Shown here: one piece after another, positions 1-7,280 of the stretch
Position numbering within the stretch: position 1 is the first letter of the stretch
Layout: every line of letters begins with the position of its first letter
IMG/VR virus record: IMGVR_UViG_3300036825_000021
Location: 1 to 39,788 of that record
DNA: 39,788 nt
DNA from: a virus
Lineage: Duplodnaviria > Caudoviricetes
Direction: 5' to 3' (one strand)
The notes under the pieces: generated by a model
What the model was told of the DNA's origin: nothing
The model's input: the letters and a program-made list of their open reading frames with translations, nothing else
Database searches by the model: none
Translations under genes and position numbers: made by a program

Positions 1-127
1 TACAGCGAACGCGCCTTGATAAGGAATGTCCTCCGAATCTACGGTATGAAAAGTTCCAGTGATACCGTCATACCCTTTCTCTCCACTCCACAGATAAAAT
101 TCCCATTCGTTATAACGCATTTCTGTC
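1..127 (-). pseudogene. 3' part of an interrupted host pilus/secretion ATPase gene (CpaF/TadA-like); runs off the window
   Basis: The minus frame reads ...EMRYNEWEFYLWSGEKGYDGITGTFHTVDSEDIPYQGAFAV without a stop. GxDGxxGTxH resembles the His box of VirB11/CpaF ATPases. It is in frame with 39679-39788 after excision. Confidence 0.75.
116..127 (+). repeat. att core (left junction) CGCATTTCTGTC
   Basis: Identical to 39679-39690; recombination here restores a host reading frame. Confidence 0.9.
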
Positions 128-240
128 TTACGATTTTTTAGTCGCAATTATTTCTCTTGTTGTTTTAATCGTATTTTTGGCAGATTTCGATCGCAGATTT
201 GATCAATATTTCAGAACAAAACAAAAATAAAAATTATCGT

Positions 241-260
241 TGTGGGGGAATTGTGGGGAA
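241..260 (+). promoter_or_regulatory. Integrase arm-type binding sites (TGTGGGG tandem)
   Basis: TGTGGGGGAATTGTGGGGAA matches TGTGGGGATCTTGTGGGGAA at 39623-39642. The two copies flank the core in reconstituted attP. Confidence 0.75.
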
Positions 261-262
261 TG

Positions 263-319
263 AAATAGGGTAAGCTCTGATTCTCTTGTTTGCACAAGTA
301 ATCAAAAGCCCACCCTATT
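263..319 (-). terminator. Long hairpin just 3' of the 62-aa ORF (GCAA tetraloop)
   Basis: AAATAGGGTGGGCTTTTGATTACTTGT-GCAA-ACAAGAGAATCAGAGCTTACCCTATTT. G-U pairs favour the minus strand; the U tail is weak. Confidence 0.55.
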
Positions 320-320
320 T

Positions 321-509
321 TCACTTCGATATAATCTTTGTTTGTAGATTACTTTCCAATTCAATAATATCAGAGATAACGGATATTATATCCTGTGCCG
401 CCTCATTTTTTGTACAAAGATTTTCTTGGCTTAGCTGCCAATAGATGTTCATTATATTGGATTTAATTTTTGCAACGTAGGACAAGTCGTTCATATCAAT
501 TACGGACAT
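321..509 (-). CDS. Hypothetical protein, 62 aa
   Basis: Strong RBS AAGGAGGT upstream of the ATG; no recognisable family. Confidence 0.7.
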   Translation of the reverse strand: MSVIDMNDLSYVAKIKSNIMNIYWQLSQENLCTKNEAAQDIISVISDIIELESNLQTKIISK

Positions 510-590
510 TGCCTTCTTACCTCCTTAGTGTGTAATAAAATATACTGTCGTTAAAACAGCCAGTCACCTCCATATCAGAATAAAAGAACG

Positions 591-814
591 CAAAAAAGCC
601 GTTACAGTTTCAAGGAAATTAAGATCACAAAAAATCATGGATATCGTTATCTTCCTAACGATATCAAAAAAAGATTTTTTTTTGCGATCCTGATTCAACC
701 TTGAACTGTAACGGCTATGACTCTCACGAGAAATGCTACCGCTCACAGTACTTTGTTGTTTAAGCCCTCTTTCGGCTCATGCCCAGAGGTGATAGTAATA
801 AATAAGTATCTTAT
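591..814 (-). ncRNA. Candidate ~220-nt structured RNA / attenuator leader
   Basis: Promoter TTGACA-18-TATCAT (850-821). A 120-nt rod hairpin (597-716) ends in a U tract. Alternative pairing of 739-749 with 705-714 is possible. Confidence 0.55.
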
Positions 815-820
815 TCAGTA

Positions 821-850
821 ATGATATGCGAAAAATAGATTGAATGTCAA
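821..850 (-). promoter_or_regulatory. SigA-type promoter TTGACA-18-TATCAT
   Basis: Consensus -35 and near-consensus -10. Confidence 0.6.
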
Positions 851-895
851 TAGAAAAAGGAAAATTTTCCCGAGCATCAAAAGAGCCGTCCAGGA

Positions 896-1111
896 TCACT
901 CCTGCGACGGCTCTGCTACATGCTCTAGTATTTCTCCTACGCTTACACCAAGGAACGTACACAGCTTATCCAGCGTGTCCAAATCAATGCGCTTAGAAGT
1001 GTCGTGATACAACCCGGAAACGGTATTGATCGCCAATCCCGTTCCACGGACCACATCCCTTACTTTCAGTCGCTTCCGTCCTAATATCTCACTCAAGTTA
1101 TTTTTGATCAT
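896..1111 (-). CDS. XRE/Cro-C1 HTH regulator (YozG-like)
   Basis: LSEILGRKRLKVRDVVRGTGLAINTVSGLY...IDLDTLDKLCTFLGVSVGEILE; RBS GGAGGAGG places the start at ATG 1111. Confidence 0.9.
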   Translation of the reverse strand: MIKNNLSEILGRKRLKVRDVVRGTGLAINTVSGLYHDTSKRIDLDTLDKLCTFLGVSVGEILEHVAEPSQE

Positions 1112-1131
1112 GTACAAGCCTCCTCCAAAAT

Positions 1132-1225
1132 AATATATACTAAATGATCCAAAGTATCAACTTCTTAATATTTCGTGTTGACTTTTGTATTATGAAGTGG
1201 TATATTTATATCAGGAAGTTGATAC
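1132..1225. promoter_or_regulatory. Divergent SigA promoters with two operator palindromes
   Basis: Leftward TTGATA-17-TATATT (1160-1132); rightward TTGACT-17-TATATT with extended TG (1178-1206). Operators TATCA-N6-T(A/G)ATA at 1155-1170 and 1209-1224. Confidence 0.75.
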
Positions 1226-1253
1226 AAAATACTTCCGGAAAGGAGAGAAAAAC

Positions 1254-1370
1254 ATGAAAGATTGGGTACAACTCCTGACAGCAGCCATCCAGTGTTACAC
1301 CGCTTACCTGCTGCTCAAGGACAAAAAGAAAGGAACCAAAAAACGCCGCGTCCCACGCAAACGTAAATAG
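1254..1370 (+). CDS. Small membrane peptide A, 38 aa (type I toxin-like)
   Basis: RBS AAAGGAG; MKDWVQLLTAAIQCYTAYLLLKDKKKGTKKRRVPRKRK has a hydrophobic helix and a basic tail. Confidence 0.8.
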   Translation: MKDWVQLLTAAIQCYTAYLLLKDKKKGTKKRRVPRKRK

Positions 1371-1408
1371 GTTCCCGGAGGAAGGGATTGAGCCCCTTCC
1401 TCCACCCA

Positions 1409-1437
1409 ATCATAACACACTCGCTCCAGAAAATAAA
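1409..1437 (-). promoter_or_regulatory. Antisense promoter (TTTATT-17-TATGAT, extended TG) facing peptide A
   Basis: Reverse complement of ATCATAACAC; lies just 3' of the hairpin GGAGGAAGGG-ATTGAGC-CCCTTCCTCC. Confidence 0.55.
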
Positions 1438-1469
1438 TTAGCCGGCGGGCTCACGCGGGAGGGATATTA

Positions 1470-1556
1470 ATGTTGAATATAATCACTTGGATTGTTATCG
1501 GAGTATCATTTGTTTTGTCCATCATTGCAATGATTAGATCCCGGAGACGCCACTGA
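1470..1556 (+). CDS. Small membrane peptide B, 28 aa
   Basis: RBS GGGAGG; MLNIITWIVIGVSFVLSIIAMIRSRRRH. Confidence 0.75.
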   Translation: MLNIITWIVIGVSFVLSIIAMIRSRRRH

Positions 1557-1660
1557 TGCTACCGATACAACGACAGCACCATTACTCAAATGACAGTGCT
1601 GCTTACTTTGGAATGTCCCAGAGAACTTTTGAAGAACTAGGAGCACCCCCTAAATTATGA
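1556..1660 (+). CDS. Possible 34-aa ORF (vestigial HTH-like)
   Basis: TGATG overlap upstream and ATGA overlap downstream; MLPIQRQHHYSNDSAAYFGMSQRTFEELGAPPKL. Confidence 0.35.
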   Translation: MLPIQRQHHYSNDSAAYFGMSQRTFEELGAPPKL

Positions 1661-1893
1661 GGTGGGAAGAATTAAAGTCGGAACAGTCCGTGCGTATCTG
1701 TGACAATCACGATAGCGGATTTGGTGGAAGGTGTGGAAGAGTTGTAGCGATTGGTACTTTTATTGGAATCAGCGAACGTATAGGTGCTTTGATTGATATA
1801 CATGAACCGCTACTTATAATTATTGAACCAGAAGCCCTCGAAGAAACCGACTTGGAATTACTACCACCAGGATGGGAAGAGTTTGAAATATGA
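1657..1893 (+). CDS. Hypothetical protein, 78 aa (small beta-barrel-like, acidic tail)
   Basis: ORF track; followed by a terminator. Confidence 0.65.
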   Translation: MRWEELKSEQSVRICDNHDSGFGGRCGRVVAIGTFIGISERIGALIDIHEPLLIIIEPEALEETDLELLPPGWEEFEI

Positions 1894-1903
1894 TTTTTAA
1901 TTC

Positions 1904-1941
1904 AGCCTCCGCTGGCATAATGCTTAGTGGGGGGCTTTATT
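1904..1941 (+). terminator. Intrinsic terminator
   Basis: AGCCTCCGCT...AGTGGGGGCT followed by TTATT. Confidence 0.6.
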
Positions 1942-2026
1942 CATTCTACTAATATCTGCAAAATTTCATAGTAAATATTACCTATATTTGATAAACTTAC
2001 TCCATCAACCAAATATGGAGGTAAGT

Positions 2027-2761
2027 ATGAACAAAAAGAGATTGATTACCGCTGCAATTGCCAGCTTGGTCCTTGTATCTACGTTTTCCGCTGGCGCATA
2101 CGCTGCGACAAAAATTAATTTGATTGTAAATGGAAAAACTACGTCCGCTGATATTCAAGAAATTAAGGGTGCTCCTTATGTATCATTAAAAGATGTGGGA
2201 AATCTATTAGGAGCAAATGTGAAGTATGACAGCAAAACAAAAACAGCCACTATCACTAGCAAAGGAAACACAACTTCTCCCTCTACGAATGACACTGTGC
2301 AATCAAGCCGAACAAAGCCTGCTTCTATAGGATCTACTCAATCATTTACAGTCGATACTGTTTTGAAAAAGCATACCGGACAAGTTTCCATCACTCAAGT
2401 CATTCGCGGGGATGAAGCTTGGATGTTAATAAGCCAAGCAAATACGTTTAATACACCCCCGAAAGAAGGATATGAATACATTTTGGCTAAAGCCAACATC
2501 AAAATCATCTCAAACAAAAAAAATGTAGATGCAGCAGTCGATATTTGGAAAGGAGACTTTGTTCTTGTCTCTAGCGCTGGGACTGATTATGATACATTAT
2601 CAGCAGTTCTACCTGACCCTAGTATAGACGCAAAAGTATATGCAGGCTCATCTGCTGAGGGGTGGGTGGCGTTCCAGGTCAAGAAAGATGATCTTTCGCC
2701 AGTTATTAGCTTTGCTAGAAAATATGACGGTTCTGGTGGTGTCTGGTTCAAAACAAACTAA
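2027..2761 (+). CDS. Secreted protein: signal peptide + copper-amine-oxidase N-terminal (stalk) domain + DUF4352-like domain
   Basis: RBS GGAGGT before ATG 2027. MNKKR-hydrophobic-AYA signal; LIVNG...PYVSLKDVGNLLGANVKYDSKTKTATIT; C-terminal EGWVAFQVKKDD. Confidence 0.85.
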   Translation: MNKKRLITAAIASLVLVSTFSAGAYAATKINLIVNGKTTSADIQEIKGAPYVSLKDVGNLLGANVKYDSKTKTATITSKGNTTSPSTNDTVQSSRTKPASIGSTQSFTVDTVLKKHTGQVSITQVIRGDEAWMLISQANTFNTPPKEGYEYILAKANIKIISNKKNVDAAVDIWKGDFVLVSSAGTDYDTLSAVLPDPSIDAKVYAGSSAEGWVAFQVKKDDLSPVISFARKYDGSGGVWFKTN

Positions 2762-2801
2762 AAAACAGCCCTACCACCCATCTATAGGTTAGTAGGGCTT
2801 T
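2760..2801. terminator. Bidirectional terminator between convergent genes
   Basis: AGCCCTAC...GTAGGGCT with A and T tracts on either side. Confidence 0.7.
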
Positions 2802-2826
2802 GTCATATTCTCAGACGTTTAGAAAT

Positions 2827-3522
2827 TTACTTGGTATTAAACGTAGCTGTTTTTGTCTTATTATCAAAGCCAATCTGTGCTCCTATAGCCTTGCCGATGG
2901 CTGCTAACGGTACGTAGGTCCTCCCCTCAATCAGTACGCTATCCTCTTGCAACTTCGTGCCATTAACTATAGTAATTGCTTTATCTACCTTCACGTCTTC
3001 ACACTCCCTCAAATATCGATCTATATTAGATAACGCTTTTGCCATTGCTGTTTCAGAAGGCCTCTGCCCAGCCCTTAACTGAGAGATGATGAGTCCAAAA
3101 GTCATTTGAAAATGTGGCGCATCCTTAATAGAGACAAAATCGCCGCCCCACTCGAATCCGAGAGCCTTAGCCTCCTGAACCACCTCTATCCAGTCAGCTA
3201 CTTTATCACCATCACCGTCTCGCTTCATATCCCAGGATACCTGTTTGCCATCTGGTAGCAACAGAGCAAAGTCTATAGCTAGTCCATAGTTATGATAACT
3301 GGTACCTCCCTTGGCATTAGTAACGATGTTACCTGGTTTAGAACGTCCCTGCGCGTAGAGAGCGTCTTGTTCGGCAATTGTCCGTAGCCCCTGAGTAATG
3401 ACTATATTTACCCCACGAGCGTAACAGCGCTCAATCAGTGCTATCGTAGCAGCCTTAACGACAGAATGTAGCCCAGAGATCCGAGCGGAGGACTTAGTTT
3501 TTACTTGTTCTATAGTTATCAT
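2827..3522 (-). CDS. Endolysin, M15 family L-Ala-D-Glu peptidase (Ply500/CwlK-like) with C-terminal stalk domain
   Basis: GLRTIAEQDALYAQGR, SYHNYGLAID, WGGDF and DAPHFQ motifs; adjacent to the holin. Confidence 0.93.
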   Translation of the reverse strand: MITIEQVKTKSSARISGLHSVVKAATIALIERCYARGVNIVITQGLRTIAEQDALYAQGRSKPGNIVTNAKGGTSYHNYGLAIDFALLLPDGKQVSWDMKRDGDGDKVADWIEVVQEAKALGFEWGGDFVSIKDAPHFQMTFGLIISQLRAGQRPSETAMAKALSNIDRYLRECEDVKVDKAITIVNGTKLQEDSVLIEGRTYVPLAAIGKAIGAQIGFDNKTKTATFNTK

Positions 3523-3980
3523 TACTCATCATCCTCTTTCCGCGAAGCCGCACGTTTAATCTTTTTATCCAATTCACTACCTACCCACTTAAGCACTACA
3601 TCCATTACGGATAAGGGCAACCAATCACCCCAACCGGCTCGGATCGAATTTGCAGTCATGCTCTGTAAGACATGATATAAGGTTCCCACAGCCAACGCCC
3701 CGAAGATTGCTCCTGAGAATCCGAATACACCGTCCAGTAAATGACCGCCAGCTGGCAAAAGCAACATAAAGAAGCTTCGGAAAATACCATCAATACCATA
3801 CTTACTGGCATAAGTATTGTCTTTTTTAGCTGCTCGGACACCAGAAAGCCAGTCCATTACAATAAAAAATACAAGAGCTGCCATTACTGCAGAAACTGCG
3901 TCCGTCTCTCCGTATAAAAATTCGAATACCGGAACGGCTACTGCCCCAACTGCAGATGCAACAATTTGTGATTTTGTCAA
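3522..3980 (-). CDS. Phage holin (family 4 type)
   Basis: TM segments; MDWLSGVRAA and SMTANSIRAG motifs; TAATG coupling to the lysin. Confidence 0.85.
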   Translation of the reverse strand: MTKSQIVASAVGAVAVPVFEFLYGETDAVSAVMAALVFFIVMDWLSGVRAAKKDNTYASKYGIDGIFRSFFMLLLPAGGHLLDGVFGFSGAIFGALAVGTLYHVLQSMTANSIRAGWGDWLPLSVMDVVLKWVGSELDKKIKRAASRKEDDE

Positions 3981-4053
3981 AGTCCTTCCCCCTCAACACA
4001 AATAGCCCCGGTGAGTTCCGGAGGCGTAAAAAAATCAATGATATGTCAATGGT

Positions 4054-5502
4054 TTAGTTGTATAATGCCTTGCCTTTAAACGTCATAGAATTGTAACCAG
4101 AACCAACGGTACTTTCTACTCTGTACACTATTCTTACATAGTTATCCATGTTAAAAGGTTTAGTAAAAGTACCATTTTCTCCGATATCAGTTTCTCCATC
4201 CCAACCCCCAGATCTTTCAGGCCCAGAACCATTAAATGTAGTAGTTATCTGACGTTTCGCTTTATCAATGTATAGACCAGAGGTGGTATAGGCTCGGCTA
4301 TTATTTGATAAGTACCCTCCTCCAGTCAGCTTCAACTCATTACCATAAGCGTCAATAGCCAATAAAAGACCACGTACTAATTTCCAGTCTTGTAGAGAAA
4401 GAGTTAAATTCACTAATCCAGCACAAGATAGATAACTGAATCCGGCAGGTACTCTAAGAAGCTCAACCTCTTGTCCTGACTCTAGCCCAATGTGGTCTGC
4501 ATTCATCGGAAGAGATCCGCCGAAATACTCTCTCATGTTACCGACCAAACCACCAACGTTAACTCCTGCCCGTAAATTGTTAGCTGTTAGTCCAGGAACT
4601 GGATAGGTTACCCATGAGGAACCGTTGAAGTATCCAGCAGGGGGCATAATGAAGATCCTGTCTCCATCCCAAACGGTTACCGCTGATCCGGGCATGTGTT
4701 GATTTCTTGCTGAGAGGTTCGGTATGCCTCCATTTACCCCATAGATGTTGTTGCCCTCAAGAATAACGTCAGCCCGAAACTCTGAATCGGCTGACTGAAG
4801 TTGGGCAGTTGTAACTCGAATTTCACCGGCGCCTGCACCACCTTTACGATACCCCTCGCGTGGGTACACGGCCAAGTCTCCGTTACTCCACTGCCCCACA
4901 CCTATCGCGGGATCACTGGTTGATGTGATATGAGGCATCATTCCTACAAAATCGCCTTCCTCATTGGTAAAAGTGTACGGCGTGAGTACATGCTGGCGCT
5001 GGGCGTTGCCGTACCCCCCAGCGCTATCTGCCAAAAAATCAGTCCCTACCTTTCGAAAGGTGTAAGGCTTACCAGCCAGCAACCTACCCGCAGCATAGGC
5101 ATTCCCGCGCTGATCTTTCAAGGGTATGGGACCCAACCCATTTATATTCAGTGTTGCATTTTCTCCGTTAATCACATGAGGGATAATCGTGATACCAAAC
5201 CCTTCGTAATACCCGGTGGGGCCGGGGTTGAGTGCCGCATTGTAAACGGCTGCTGTTCCACTGGTTTGTGCAAAACCCGGTTGTCGAATATAGTTGGCGT
5301 TAGCTTGTGACAAGGCGGCTTCAATCGCCAAAATACCCTTCTCAATATTGTTTAGAGGGTCTGCGTTTAGCGGGGTACCCGCTGCTATGATCGTTCCCTC
5401 AGCAGGAACCAATGTGACGGTTCCGTTTGGGTTTGTTTCAAGTACATATGTTCTTGGATTTTCTACTTCTCTATTTTCCCAGGTTGTCCTGTTGTACGCC
5501 AT
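4054..5502 (-). CDS. Tail fibre / receptor-binding protein
   Basis: Last gene of the tail module. N-terminal GTPLNADPLNNIEKGI; NATLNINGLGPIPL; Gly-rich repeats. Confidence 0.75.
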   Translation of the reverse strand: MAYNRTTWENREVENPRTYVLETNPNGTVTLVPAEGTIIAAGTPLNADPLNNIEKGILAIEAALSQANANYIRQPGFAQTSGTAAVYNAALNPGPTGYYEGFGITIIPHVINGENATLNINGLGPIPLKDQRGNAYAAGRLLAGKPYTFRKVGTDFLADSAGGYGNAQRQHVLTPYTFTNEEGDFVGMMPHITSTSDPAIGVGQWSNGDLAVYPREGYRKGGAGAGEIRVTTAQLQSADSEFRADVILEGNNIYGVNGGIPNLSARNQHMPGSAVTVWDGDRIFIMPPAGYFNGSSWVTYPVPGLTANNLRAGVNVGGLVGNMREYFGGSLPMNADHIGLESGQEVELLRVPAGFSYLSCAGLVNLTLSLQDWKLVRGLLLAIDAYGNELKLTGGGYLSNNSRAYTTSGLYIDKAKRQITTTFNGSGPERSGGWDGETDIGENGTFTKPFNMDNYVRIVYRVESTVGSGYNSMTFKGKALYN

Positions 5503-5513
5503 CCGCTTTCCTC

Positions 5514-5864
5514 CTATAAAGTACTGTAATATTCCCAGAGGAGATTAAGGTTTCTTTCCCATCTGTTCAGATCAAGGTAACCAAAGGGCTGATCTTCTGT
5601 CCAAGGTAGATCTCTTGAACGCCATCCTATCGGAGTGTTTGGACTTCTAAGAGTTTCCAGATTTTTCTCTACTCTAGCAAATTCCTCCTTGTAGGGTATC
5701 CACCACATATTCCTCTGAAATACCCCGGCAGTTATAACTACCTGTACATTCTTTGACTTCATCAATTCCCATACGGCCTGTACATTCTTTTCAATTTTAT
5801 CCATATCAGCATAGTTAAAATAATCTTTAGCCGTCCAATTTAACTTAAGCGCTGTCCAAGCCAA
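5514..5864 (-). CDS. Tail/baseplate protein
   Basis: Position; internal repeat W..xDYFNYADMDKIEKN / W.EDQPFGYLDLNRWERN. Confidence 0.65.
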   Translation of the reverse strand: MAWTALKLNWTAKDYFNYADMDKIEKNVQAVWELMKSKNVQVVITAGVFQRNMWWIPYKEEFARVEKNLETLRSPNTPIGWRSRDLPWTEDQPFGYLDLNRWERNLNLLWEYYSTL

Positions 5865-5879
5865 ACGATCACCCCATTA

Positions 5880-7280
5880 TCAGTACTTCTGTAGAATAAC
5901 CTGTGCTGACACATAGTCAGACGTACCCAGACTGCCGTACATCCCGTAAGGGGTGATAGTACAGTTAACCCCTAGCTGTCTTCTGTTGCCGTCTGATAGA
6001 GCGCCTATTACCGCAAGAACCATGGTGTTGTCTTTATTCCAGGAGGAATCAGGGAAGTTCATATTGAAGTCCGTTGTTCCTGCTATAAGGGCAACATCTA
6101 CAACCTTCTTCTCATTTAGAGGAGCGCCGTTTATTGTAATGCCTGACCCTGGGTTGATCTTCATTTGATTCTTTTTTACTTTCTTGAAAGATGTATGAAT
6201 ATTCACATAGTAGCTAAACTGTAGATCAAGTAGCAGCCCTGAAGTAGTCCATGTTTGCGGCTTATTTTTCATGTGTTCATCGTAATAAAGAGTCTTACCT
6301 ATGAAGCTGGTGATTACCATATTGTCTTTATTCCAAGAAGCATCGGGAAAAGGAATAAGTAAGGTTGTAGCCCCATTAGGATTGTCATCCCTAGAAAAAG
6401 TGGCTAAGATTTCTTCCCCATTTATCTCTACCTGACCATCCTGATCAATCTCAAAAAGATTCTGCCAATTCTCAACGGTGGGTCTTACATACCCCGCCAG
6501 CTTTTTCACTACAAACTTCATTTTCTGCATCAGGGCTCTAGCTGAACCTAAGTTAACCTGTGTATCGCTCTGGTCATAAAAATTGACAGGTGACTCAAGG
6601 CCGTAATAATACCCGTCCAACTGGTCTTCATCTTTGTTCCACAGCCCATGCTGAGTGTTCCACATAGTTCCGTTATAGGCAAATTTGTATTCCGGGACGG
6701 GCCTGTTTGGTACACTGCTGCCACCGCTGAATAGGCCAAGGGACACCCGTTTAAATGGTGAAGTGCCAGAACCATCAATCTCGAAACCTGCACCGCCAAT
6801 TGTCATGCCTCCATAAGCATCTAGCATAAAGTGGTTATTCCAGCCGAGCATGATGCCAAACTCCCTCCAAGACCCATCTGGCTGTAAGGCACCAATATCC
6901 TCCCCGGTCTGGTCTCTGGCTGGATCCCCCTCTGAATATGCCTTTTTTCCATTTGCTTTCCAAAGGTTAATCCCCTGATTGATAAAGTCTCCTATGTTTT
7001 CTTCACCCGGATAAGTGCCACCACCCTGCCACTGCCATCCAAAGCTAAAGTTATTCACGTCTGTACGCTTAAACCGTTTAGTGTCGTAGTCATACCAAGC
7101 ATTGACCAGTAGCCAGACTTCTGTGTAAGGTACCCCGCCGCGTACCCCCTCAATAACGGTAAAGTTATAAGGCGTAGTCGGGCTGGTGGAATTTCTAGGG
7201 AACAAGGACATGGTTCCTTCAGCATTAACAGTTTTCTTTTGATTGCCTTGGCTCGTCGATTCCTTAATCCCCCAATCCAT
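5880..7280 (-). CDS. Tail-associated protein, 466 aa
   Basis: Position; Gly/Trp-rich; C-terminal duplicated motif FPD.SWNKDN. Confidence 0.65.
   Translation of the reverse strand: MDWGIKESTSQGNQKKTVNAEGTMSLFPRNSTSPTTPYNFTVIEGVRGGVPYTEVWLLVNAWYDYDTKRFKRTDVNNFSFGWQWQGGGTYPGEENIGDFINQGINLWKANGKKAYSEGDPARDQTGEDIGALQPDGSWREFGIMLGWNNHFMLDAYGGMTIGGAGFEIDGSGTSPFKRVSLGLFSGGSSVPNRPVPEYKFAYNGTMWNTQHGLWNKDEDQLDGYYYGLESPVNFYDQSDTQVNLGSARALMQKMKFVVKKLAGYVRPTVENWQNLFEIDQDGQVEINGEEILATFSRDDNPNGATTLLIPFPDASWNKDNMVITSFIGKTLYYDEHMKNKPQTWTTSGLLLDLQFSYYVNIHTSFKKVKKNQMKINPGSGITINGAPLNEKKVVDVALIAGTTDFNMNFPDSSWNKDNTMVLAVIGALSDGNRRQLGVNCTITPYGMYGSLGTSDYVSAQVILQKY

Noticed and set aside
564-746. 60-aa minus-strand ORF
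   Set aside because: No RBS, and it lies inside the structured RNA. Kept only as a possible decayed peptide gene.
564-793. Retron msr-msd (long hairpin with flanking inverted repeat TCACCTC/GAGGTGA)
   Set aside because: The repeat is only 7 bp and SD-like, and there is no reverse transcriptase in the prophage.
1154-1225. Invertible promoter between 18-bp inverted repeats
   Set aside because: The 36-bp spacer is very short, no invertase is present, and each arm is itself a palindrome, which fits HTH operators better.
1185-1253. N-terminal extension of peptide A in the ORF track
   Set aside because: It overlaps the promoter; the RBS supports ATG 1254.
4054-7280. Diversity-generating retroelement or shufflon acting on tail fibres
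   Set aside because: No RT, invertase or template/variable repeat pair was seen.
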